The position numbers and the translations under genes are program-made. Under the pieces are notes generated by a model. That model did no database searches. It saw nothing but the letters and a program-made list of their open reading frames with translations, and was not told the DNA's origin. A stretch of DNA of 64,000 bases from an uncultured Verrucomicrobiota bacterium (GTDB taxonomy: Bacteria > Verrucomicrobiota > Kiritimatiellia > CAIVKH01). Within the stretch, counting starts at the first letter, position 1. Each line of letters opens with the position of its first letter. Positions 18,921-27,231 of the stretch are shown piece by piece. The stretch lies in NCBI GenBank assembly GCA_964503335.1, contig CAZCZZ010000010.1, positions 2,036 to 66,035 of the forward strand, read 5' to 3'.

Positions 18921-20692
18921 TGGTCGATCGTGCCGCCATCATGGAACGTCTTTTGGAGTTGGTCGGCGCGGACTCCGTTGAAGCCGCTTTCTTCACAACC
19001 TACACGTTTGGCCGGAGTTTCTTTGAAGACGATGTTCTCAATCCGCTGACAGAAGACGGCTCCCTTCGCGGCATTATCCCCGTGACCGTGGTGGTCGACC
19101 GCCATCGGTACGCCGGGAGCAACTACGGGTACGAGGTCGTCCGTTATCCGAATGCGGGCCGGCTGTGGCATCCCAAAAACATCCTGCTAATGGTACGTGA
19201 CAGGCGCAGTGGTTGGCTCCGAACCATTTTCGGCATTGGCAGCGCGAATCTCACACGAACTGGGTGGGAGCAGAACGACGAGTTGGTCAGTCTTCAAGAC
19301 TGGCCTGGGTGGAAGATTCCCGCGGTCGTGAGCAAGTGGTTGAGAGCACCATGGCTTGTTCACTCCCAGTTTGCGGAGTGGGCCAGGGTGAATGCGTCCG
19401 TCCGAAAGAAGCTGCCCTACCGACATATGCTGCTGTCCAGTCTCGATACGCCGCTCTGGCCACAGATCCCGGAGTACTACCGCATCAAGAACTGGGACGA
19501 GGCTCATGTGGTGGCGCCGTTCCATGACCAAAGCGACCCAGACAGCGATGATATGGAGGGGAACCAAGGGCATGGCGGATTCCTTCAGCAACTCTGCAAG
19601 ATGGCCCGCTCGGGAAGATCCAAGTTGCACCTCTATCTGGCCTCCTCCAGTGAGGAGAAGGGGGAATGCTGCGTTGCCGCATCCAAGGGAGCGCTGGAGC
19701 GTGTCAGCAAGGTTGTCAGCCTCAATCTTCGGATGATCAAGCCCCGCAACAAGGGACTGTTTCATGCCAAACTGACGGCTGTTCGTGTAGGCACGTCGTG
19801 GTGCATCGTCACCGGCTCCCCCAATGCCACATCGGCCGCCTTTGTCAGCGAATGCGGTAACGTAGAGGTGGCTCTTTGCCGGTATCACAGGGGAAGGTCC
19901 ATTCCGAAGTCCCTTCTGCCGGCGTCGAGCCCCGTGTCGCTCAACCGGCTACGTTCGTTGCCTGGCGTGACGAGAGAGGTCATCTGGGATGCGCTCGATT
20001 CCGCAGCGTACGACGTGAAGCGACGGAAACTCACCCTCGCCTGGCGCACAGGCTACAATCTGGGCAATACGGAGATCCAATTCGACGGCAAGGTTGTCGA
20101 TCCGGGGAAGTTCGAGCCCGGGGACAGCCAGAGCCGCTCGCTGCAGACCCTGCCGCGGAAGAGAACCCCGAAGCCCGTATCTCCGGGCACCTGCCCGATC
20201 ACATGGAAGGATGATGTGCCGGACGTCGGGTGCACCCGCCTCCGAGCGATGACACCCAACGATTGGCTCGAAGCTCTGGGATCTGTAGTCACCTCGCCTC
20301 TGACCAAGGAGGGCGTTCCGGGGCCGAGCAGCGGTTCATCGGAGAAAGGCGAGGCCGGCAAATCCTCATCGTTTGACTGGGCTGTTCGGGTCAAGCGGCT
20401 GGATGCCAGCCTCGCGTCGGTCACCGCCCAACTCGGGGACATCCGATCCGAGAGGATTCTTAGCCTGCTCCTTCGTGACGTCATCGGGGCATGGAAGGCG
20501 CACAATCCGCACGCCCGCCGGATTTCCGCCGCCGAGAAGGCTTGGCGCATGTGGGTCAGGGCCGGCTTGTGGCAGGTGCTGGACCGGACGCGGGGCAAGA
20601 CCTCCGGGGTACGCAGGGTGCGTAGGCAGGCAGATGCCTTGGCGCGAACCATTCCCCAGAAGCTCAAGGAGTACCCCATTGCGCCCGAGTAA
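18917..20692 (+). CDS. phospholipase-D-superfamily (two HKD-like motifs) putative nuclease with ~250-aa C-terminal extension
   Basis: HPKNILLM...GSANLT and HAKLTAV...GSPNAT. The ATG at 18917 overlaps the upstream stop. Confidence 0.7.
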   Translation: MMVDRAAIMERLLELVGADSVEAAFFTTYTFGRSFFEDDVLNPLTEDGSLRGIIPVTVVVDRHRYAGSNYGYEVVRYPNAGRLWHPKNILLMVRDRRSGWLRTIFGIGSANLTRTGWEQNDELVSLQDWPGWKIPAVVSKWLRAPWLVHSQFAEWARVNASVRKKLPYRHMLLSSLDTPLWPQIPEYYRIKNWDEAHVVAPFHDQSDPDSDDMEGNQGHGGFLQQLCKMARSGRSKLHLYLASSSEEKGECCVAASKGALERVSKVVSLNLRMIKPRNKGLFHAKLTAVRVGTSWCIVTGSPNATSAAFVSECGNVEVALCRYHRGRSIPKSLLPASSPVSLNRLRSLPGVTREVIWDALDSAAYDVKRRKLTLAWRTGYNLGNTEIQFDGKVVDPGKFEPGDSQSRSLQTLPRKRTPKPVSPGTCPITWKDDVPDVGCTRLRAMTPNDWLEALGSVVTSPLTKEGVPGPSSGSSEKGEAGKSSSFDWAVRVKRLDASLASVTAQLGDIRSERILSLLLRDVIGAWKAHNPHARRISAAEKAWRMWVRAGLWQVLDRTRGKTSGVRRVRRQADALARTIPQKLKEYPIAPE

Positions 20693-22865
20693 GCGAAAAG
20701 CGTTGAGCCGCGACGACCTTGGCTGGGTCAGATTCCCGCGCGGGGGAGGCGACAGGATATCCGCTAGCCATCGCAATCGGCAGCTCAAGACGGCCCGTCG
20801 ACTCCTGCGGGGTCTCTACGGTGAGGATGCCGTGCCAGGAATGATGCTCGGCGACGAGGTCGGGATGGGGAAGACCTACGTATCCCTCGCGGTGGTTGCG
20901 TCGGTTTGCCGCCACCAACCCGACGCCCGCGTCGTCATCCTCGCCCACAACGAGGATATGGCAAGAACATGGCGTGACCGCTGGGACTCAATCGCGAAGA
21001 AGACGCGCCCGCCCGGGAGCCATTCACCGCTGCCGGAAGGCCAGAGGCTCAATAAGGCCCGCGATATGGGGAAGAAGGGCGTCTACTTCGGCTCGTACGA
21101 GACGTACAAGCGCGTGTCAACCGACAGTGCCCGCATGATGCTGGAGGCCTTGCTTGAGGGAAGCGGCATCCATGATCCAACCCGCAGGCGTCTCCGACAC
21201 CAACTTTTCGGGACGCGCGCAAGAGGAGACGATCTCTGTGACGCATTGCGCCGCCCCTCAATAACAACACGAGAGAGGTTTGTCGCCCGGCACTACGATT
21301 GTCACACGAAGGGTTGGAAGAGCTGGTGGTCTGCGGCTGCGGAGATCCGTCGGATTGTCCTCGGCAACTCGCGCTCGCGCCGCCCCATTGACTTGCTGAT
21401 CGTGGATGAGGCTCACAAGCTGGAGAGCGATCAGCGGACGGTCTTCATGTCGGAGGTGCTCGACGGACGTGTGAAGCGCGCTCTCTTTGTGACGGCCACT
21501 CCGTTTGCACTCCGCGTGGCGCAGCTCATCGATCGCCTGAACGACATCTACGATGTTACCGAGTGGCCTGGCAAGGCGGGGAAGCTCAAGGCTGTGAAGG
21601 GCGATGTGAAGGAGTTTGCCGACACCGTGGGCAGGAATGCGGGCGCGGCACACGAACTTCGTGAACGTGTCGAGGCGTCGTTGGGTCGATATCTTGTGCG
21701 ATCTCGATGGCCGGAGCGCATCAGCAAGCAAGGACCGCCTCGTCGTGATAACAAGTTGATCCCGCACAATATCTCGCGGCAGATCACCGAGACCGACGCT
21801 TTTGCGATCCTGGCGCTCGAGACAGCCTACCGCCGAATCTCGAACTGTGGGGAACGGGTACATCGCGCCTCGTATCGTGAGACCCTTTGCTCTTCGTACT
21901 CTGCAGTTCGCAAGTCGATGACACGGAAGGACCTCGAGGAGAAGTCGCCCGTCCCGCGTTTTCTTAAGGGACTTGATGACTTCATCCCGCGAAATTCCGA
22001 ATCGCCAAAGTTCCAGAATGCCTTGAGTTTCCTGGTCCAAAGTGCCAGAGGGCGACACAAAGTCGTTGTCTTCTGTAAGCGCACCGCCACCGTCGAGCGC
22101 ATGCGTCGGGAGATTCATGCGGCGTTTGCCCGGATTCGGAAGATGCACTCGATGGAATGGCAGAAAGTTCAGCGGCGTTTACCCCAGTGGAAGAAGGATG
22201 GACTACCGCAGGACATGGAATGGGACGAGTGCATTGCGTGGTTGAGGTTTGCGGTTCATCATCACGTCCGCAAGAAAATCAACCGTCGCAATTGGCAGAG
22301 CCTCGTTCTTCGCATGAAGGAACATGGCTGTCGCGCGGCCGGCGACAACTACCTCGAACTGCTTCGCCAGACATGGGGAAGAGGGCATCGTGCGGATTGG
22401 GTTGCCGAACTGAGCGGGAGCATGCCGGATGAGAATTCCTCAGACCTCTCGACGCGGGAGCACCGCAAGCGTGGGCGCAGCAAAAGTGCGGTTCGTTTCG
22501 CTTTCAATCTGCCCGGCCCGCCCTATGTCCTTGTCTGCACCAGCGTTGCTCGGGAGGGCATTGATCTTCACCACTGGTGCCACAAGCTCCTTCAGTACGA
22601 TCTGGAGTGGAACCCGGCCTGGATGGAGCAGCAGGTGGGTCGAGTCGATCGCATTAACTCACTGGCACACCGGATGAGAGTCCCGGTCGAGGTGTACTAC
22701 GCTCACTTGCCGGGTACCTACGAAGAGTACATTGCCGATGAAGTGAAGCGCCGCTGCGAGATGCTTCGGCTCGTCCTTGGTGCCGGCGAATGGCTTGCCG
22801 ACAAGCCGGAGGATCAGAAGCGCATTGCAGAGTTGGAGCGCTACCAGCTCGACTTCGAGCCGTAA
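20634..22865 (+). CDS. SNF2-family helicase
   Basis: GDEVGMGKT, LLIVDEAHKLES, VTATPF, and C-terminal VLVCTSVAREGIDLH...YDLEWNPAWMEQQVGRVDR. The start is uncertain (ATG 20634 or TTG 20679); both overlap the PLD gene end. Confidence 0.8.
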   Translation: MPWREPFPRSSRSTPLRPSKRKALSRDDLGWVRFPRGGGDRISASHRNRQLKTARRLLRGLYGEDAVPGMMLGDEVGMGKTYVSLAVVASVCRHQPDARVVILAHNEDMARTWRDRWDSIAKKTRPPGSHSPLPEGQRLNKARDMGKKGVYFGSYETYKRVSTDSARMMLEALLEGSGIHDPTRRRLRHQLFGTRARGDDLCDALRRPSITTRERFVARHYDCHTKGWKSWWSAAAEIRRIVLGNSRSRRPIDLLIVDEAHKLESDQRTVFMSEVLDGRVKRALFVTATPFALRVAQLIDRLNDIYDVTEWPGKAGKLKAVKGDVKEFADTVGRNAGAAHELRERVEASLGRYLVRSRWPERISKQGPPRRDNKLIPHNISRQITETDAFAILALETAYRRISNCGERVHRASYRETLCSSYSAVRKSMTRKDLEEKSPVPRFLKGLDDFIPRNSESPKFQNALSFLVQSARGRHKVVVFCKRTATVERMRREIHAAFARIRKMHSMEWQKVQRRLPQWKKDGLPQDMEWDECIAWLRFAVHHHVRKKINRRNWQSLVLRMKEHGCRAAGDNYLELLRQTWGRGHRADWVAELSGSMPDENSSDLSTREHRKRGRSKSAVRFAFNLPGPPYVLVCTSVAREGIDLHHWCHKLLQYDLEWNPAWMEQQVGRVDRINSLAHRMRVPVEVYYAHLPGTYEEYIADEVKRRCEMLRLVLGAGEWLADKPEDQKRIAELERYQLDFEP

Positions 22866-23210
22866 GGCTATTCAAATTTCAATGTGGCTTCAAAGCGGCA
22901 CTGGAGGCATTCGCCTCTGAACGGGACATCAACCCTGCGTCTGCCCCGTTACGGGATGCCCTAAATCGAAAATTTGGCGACGAACACAGCATTGGAGCCA
23001 AAGAGTATGCTGATTTTTGTCTGGGAGGAATACGGGGCTTGGGTGCAATCGAAGACTTTGATATTAGATACGCCCAGCGTGTTCAGGAAGCGGTGCTTGT
23101 TGGGGAGCAACTGCGGTTGGCCTTTGGTTGAACCGCAGGTCACGCTGCCTGATATCCCGATAATCGTATGATGATTACTTGCTCTGAAGCGGTTGGATGT
23201 GGGGTGCGCC

Positions 23211-25493
23211 ATGGGTTATAGGCTGAGTACCTATACGAGGGAGAGTCTGTCCAATGTGGCTATTCCAGGTGTCGCAGCTCCATCCCTGTTCTGGCTGATG
23301 CCCGTGGGTACGTGGCCACAGGACGAGTTGCGCAATCTGGATCGCCTCTTCTATGAGGACGATGGCCCCTGCAAGGATCTTGGCTTACTGCTTGTCAGAG
23401 ACATGTTCGGGCGGCAACGAGCCGAGGGCGGCGTCACAGATCTCTCCTCATTGTCGAGTTCATTGGCCGATGTCTTGCCCGTATCGCGTTTAGAGGGCCG
23501 AGCGATCTCGATGTCAGGGACCGCTTCGCGGAGACAGGTGCTCGTGATGGGCGGCGCGTATCCTCAGCCGGGATGGGGGATGCTTCTTTCGCTAGGTAAA
23601 GATCCTTGCCGCGAAATTAACCAACTCATCGCGAAGGTACTGGCTGCGATGACGTCCGACCAGACTCAGCCGTTGATCGATTCCATCAAGCAGGCCACGC
23701 GAGCTTTCCACGCATGGAAAGATGCAGGATCAATGAGTGGTTTCATCACTCGGGCAATTCCTGGTAGTGCGAAGGAGAAGCTCATCGCTGCAGCCACAAC
23801 CTACAGAAAGCTCTCCGAGATCTTAGCGAAGGGTGATGTCAAAGAGCTCAAGGAATTCAGGCAGAAGCTTATTCGTGATGGCACACCCGAACTGCCGACC
23901 GGGCTCCTGGACGAGGCTGGTTTGCATGAGTTAATACTCGCGAAGGGCCTCGGAAGACTCGCGACCGATGTGGTTGCGATGCGGTTGGTTCCGACACTGA
24001 AGGAGCTCGTAGAACTTCCAAAGGACGAACGGCCAGACAAGCTAGGTGTTCTCGGTCCTTATGGCTGTAGGCAAGAAGGGCGAAGTTGGTTGATACTCAA
24101 TGACTTTGGCAAGGCTCCGCCGCTGGCCGACCTACTCGCGTGGCGAGAGTCTGCCCAGCGAAACGTCGTGGATCGGCATCAAGTCGAAATCGAGACACTC
24201 ATTAAGAAGAGCTCCGATGCTTTGGGGCAATGCGTCGCCGAAGAGGTTGAGCAGGCCGAGTGCCTGAAGAAATCATTGGAGAGTAAATCAAGGGCGGTCG
24301 GTCAGGCGCAGAAGACATTCCAAACAGCGCTCAAGGAAGCAGCCGTCGCTCAGTGGGACATAGGCCCGCGCTTCCTCACTGAACTTGAAGCTGTGTGTCG
24401 GCAAGGCAACACTGACTTCACTACCATTCCGTGGGACCCGCCACGAATGATTGGATGGAAGCTCTTCGCTCAAGGATTGAATATCAGGCTTGGCGATCTG
24501 ACCGCGTCGGCCAGAAAGTTTCTCGGCAAGACGGACATAGAGCAAGCCGTTGCTGCGGGAGATATCTCGTCCCCCGTAGACGGAAGCTACTTCACCGACT
24601 GGGTTCACTACGTCGTTTCCCAGGATCCGACACGAAATGTTCGCGAAGTAACTGAGCATTACCTCGTGGATCTTCTTGGTTTGGTTAGCCTTCGGAGGGC
24701 CGTTGAGAGGTCCGGGGGCTCCACGGAGCTGCTTTCAGACCAGTTTTTGCTAGCACGTCAACTGCTTGACCTCATGGGGTGGCGAAGCTCCAGTCCTCCC
24801 GCACGGCGAACACTTGCAAATGTGACGCTCAATTCTGGAACAGATACCGACGTCTCCGCCAATGACCTTCGGAAGATTCTGGAGAATTTCTGCAAAGATC
24901 TTATCGATGTCCTCGTGATGGATGTTGCCGGTGGGGTCGGCCGAACCGTGCAGCTTCTTCAGTCTGCTGTGCCCGCGTATCGATTCAGTAAACGGACATG
25001 GGATGCGGAAGTTGCCTCGATCACACTCGGGCCTGCTGCAATGCTGCTGAAGACGTTGGCACCGATTGCTGCGCCGACACGACAAGAAGCTGCGGCAAAC
25101 CTCTCGGGGCTGGTGGCAGAGCTTGCCAAGCTGCTGAATCAAGGCAGCCACGATATTGCCAATGGAGAGGTAGACCCTTACGACGTGACGACGGCCTGCG
25201 CCCTGTGCAGGGAACTGATACAGGCTGCGAGCGAGCTGATCACGGAGATGCCATGGCACCTCTCGCCTTCCCATCGCTCCGGAGAGAATCCTACTGTTAT
25301 TAGCGGTATGGCATGGAGTCACAGCCACCCGCAACCAAGGTTGATTCGCGTCATGCTGTTCGGAGACGAAACAGTTGGAGACTCTTCATCCATGTTCATC
25401 AGGAACTTATCCGGAAGGAATCCGGTGATGACCGATGTAATGACAATCCATCGTCCGATCGAACCTCTACCGAAGGTGACAACGTCCGACTAG
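23211..25493 (+). CDS. hypothetical protein (~760 aa), no recognised domain
   Basis: Uninterrupted ORF with a coiled-coil-like central segment. First gene of the long co-directional array. Alternative starts at TTG 23193 and GTG 23199. Confidence 0.6.
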   Translation: MGYRLSTYTRESLSNVAIPGVAAPSLFWLMPVGTWPQDELRNLDRLFYEDDGPCKDLGLLLVRDMFGRQRAEGGVTDLSSLSSSLADVLPVSRLEGRAISMSGTASRRQVLVMGGAYPQPGWGMLLSLGKDPCREINQLIAKVLAAMTSDQTQPLIDSIKQATRAFHAWKDAGSMSGFITRAIPGSAKEKLIAAATTYRKLSEILAKGDVKELKEFRQKLIRDGTPELPTGLLDEAGLHELILAKGLGRLATDVVAMRLVPTLKELVELPKDERPDKLGVLGPYGCRQEGRSWLILNDFGKAPPLADLLAWRESAQRNVVDRHQVEIETLIKKSSDALGQCVAEEVEQAECLKKSLESKSRAVGQAQKTFQTALKEAAVAQWDIGPRFLTELEAVCRQGNTDFTTIPWDPPRMIGWKLFAQGLNIRLGDLTASARKFLGKTDIEQAVAAGDISSPVDGSYFTDWVHYVVSQDPTRNVREVTEHYLVDLLGLVSLRRAVERSGGSTELLSDQFLLARQLLDLMGWRSSSPPARRTLANVTLNSGTDTDVSANDLRKILENFCKDLIDVLVMDVAGGVGRTVQLLQSAVPAYRFSKRTWDAEVASITLGPAAMLLKTLAPIAAPTRQEAAANLSGLVAELAKLLNQGSHDIANGEVDPYDVTTACALCRELIQAASELITEMPWHLSPSHRSGENPTVISGMAWSHSHPQPRLIRVMLFGDETVGDSSSMFIRNLSGRNPVMTDVMTIHRPIEPLPKVTTSD

Positions 25494-25529
25494 TGTGAAT
25501 GCAGCAGAGACAATGAACTGATTCGTCCA

Positions 25530-27221
25530 ATGAAGAACCAAACGAAGACAATACGCAAGATCGTCAACTGCTTGAACAACCCCGAAGAAGAAGGCGGATA
25601 CTGGCTGCCCAATATCCAGCGCCCTTTTGTCTGGAGTGAGGAGCAGATGTGCCGACTGTTTGACTCCCTGATGCGTGATTACCCGATCAGCACGCTCCTT
25701 ATCTGGCGCACATGTGAAGACGTGGCGCATCGGAAATTCATCGATGTGTATCACGGGGGACTACGACTTTCGGACTTCAAGCAACCCAAGAACGACCATG
25801 CCAAACAGCTGATCCTGGATGGGCAGCAGAGACTGCAGAGTCTGTTCATTGCACTCAGGGGTTCATATGAAGGCATGGAGCTCTATTTTGACATGCTGAG
25901 CGGTGATCTGGCTCAACCCGAGGACATACGATTCAAGTTCAAGTTCCTTTCTGCCGACAAAGCGGCCTGGCCCTGGGTGCGGTTCAAAGACTTGGTCATG
26001 GATGATCGCAAGAAGCGCCTGGTGATGGATGATCTTCCCGTCGATGCCAAATCTCTGACGTCTGCTCAGGAGGAGCGTATCGAGGACAACTATGATCAGG
26101 TCTTGCGCGTGTTCAAACAGGAGGAGCGCATCGCCTACCAGTTTCTCGATGATGTCGAATACTCTGGCATGTATAAGCTGGACGATGTGGTCGAGATCTT
26201 CATCCGTGCCAATTCGGGCGGTACGCATTTGGGGAAATCAGACCTCTTGTTCTCCCTGCTGAGCTCGTCGTGGGAGGAGGCTGATGAATGCATGGAGGAG
26301 TTGCTGGACCTGCTCAATCGCGACGGGTTTGGCTTCACCCGGGACTTCGTACTGAAGACCTGCCTGACCATTCTGGACACGGGCGCCCGCTACAACGTGT
26401 CCAAATTGAGGGATATCTCTAACCGACAGAAAATCATCACAAATTGGGACTCCATTTCTGCAGCCCTTCACGACGTGAAGGACTTCCTGTGCGGCAAGAC
26501 GTTCATCCGGACCGACAAGGCGATGGTGTCCTATCAGGTGCTAATTCCGATTGTCTACGCGCGCTACCACTTCCCAGACCAGTGGTCGTCCATTCAGAAC
26601 CTGGATGCCTACATCCTTCGCTGCCTACTGACGAGTGCCTTCAGCGGAAGCCCGGACCAGCTGATTGATGATGCTGTTTCAAAAATCAGGGAGTCCAAGG
26701 CTTTCGTCGTGGATGAGCAGTATGGCGTCATACGGGCCGCTAATCGCAGCCTTGAGCTGACGCGTGATGCCCTGCTGGGCGAGGGCTACGGCAGCAAGAT
26801 GGTTCATCTGCTGTTCAACCTCTGGTACCGCGGTTTCGACTATCAGCCGGCCTATAGCAATAACGAGCCTCAGGTGGATCACATCTTCCCGCAAAGCGTC
26901 CTGAAGAAGGTTCGCCGCGCCAACGAGGAAGGCAAGCTGCTGCTTACCAAGTACTATGCCGAGGATCGCAACCAGCTCGCCAACTGCATGCTTCTGAGGC
27001 GAGAGGAGAATGGAGCGGGTAACAAGGGCAGCATTGAGGCGGACGCGTGGTTGAAGGATAAGCCTGAGGAATATCTGGAGATGCACCTCATCCCGCGTGA
27101 TAAGGAGTTGTGGAAGCTCGAGAACTACGAGGCCTTCATCAAGGCTCGAGAGGAATTAATCGTCAACAAATTTAGCTACCTCCTCGTTGGTGGGGAATTG
27201 GGTAGCCGCCCGGCGGGGTAG
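25530..27221 (+). CDS. GmrSD-family type IV restriction enzyme (DUF262 + DUF1524/HNH)
   Basis: IQRPFVWSEEQ...DSLMRDYPISTLLIW and ILDGQQRLQSL (DUF262). C-terminal VDHIFPQS...NCMLL...NGAGNKG (His-Me finger). Confidence 0.85.
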   Translation: MKNQTKTIRKIVNCLNNPEEEGGYWLPNIQRPFVWSEEQMCRLFDSLMRDYPISTLLIWRTCEDVAHRKFIDVYHGGLRLSDFKQPKNDHAKQLILDGQQRLQSLFIALRGSYEGMELYFDMLSGDLAQPEDIRFKFKFLSADKAAWPWVRFKDLVMDDRKKRLVMDDLPVDAKSLTSAQEERIEDNYDQVLRVFKQEERIAYQFLDDVEYSGMYKLDDVVEIFIRANSGGTHLGKSDLLFSLLSSSWEEADECMEELLDLLNRDGFGFTRDFVLKTCLTILDTGARYNVSKLRDISNRQKIITNWDSISAALHDVKDFLCGKTFIRTDKAMVSYQVLIPIVYARYHFPDQWSSIQNLDAYILRCLLTSAFSGSPDQLIDDAVSKIRESKAFVVDEQYGVIRAANRSLELTRDALLGEGYGSKMVHLLFNLWYRGFDYQPAYSNNEPQVDHIFPQSVLKKVRRANEEGKLLLTKYYAEDRNQLANCMLLRREENGAGNKGSIEADAWLKDKPEEYLEMHLIPRDKELWKLENYEAFIKAREELIVNKFSYLLVGGELGSRPAG

Positions 27222-27231
27222 GGGATAATTC

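Noticed and set aside
21258-22148. Long antisense or alternative-frame ORFs, e.g. 590-1111(-), 14773-15627(-), 19187-19888(-), 21258-22148(-), 27964-28842(-), 31556-32302(-), 42439-43494(-), 45641-46534(-), 46559-47188(-), 52311-53003(+), 53812-54531(+), 61569-62624(-).
   Set aside because: These are shadow ORFs typical of high-GC coding DNA. Each lies fully inside a gene with strong domain motifs on the other strand or frame, and the sequences are Arg/Gly/Pro/His-rich without motifs.
10647-22865. Calling the 7-gene operon class 1 DISARM.
   Set aside because: SNF2, PLD and an adenine MTase are present, but I find no DrmA-type helicase and no DUF1998 (DrmB) protein with its Cys4 motif. HerA, NurA and UvrD-Cas4 are not DISARM components as far as I know. 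I kept it as DISARM-related at most.
22790-23171. Small ORFs in the SNF2 to 766-aa gene intergenic region (113 aa and 65 aa).
   Set aside because: The 113-aa frame has no start codon after the SNF2 stop and would need a 76-nt overlap. The other is short and Cys/Trp-rich. No motifs. This is more likely a promoter region.
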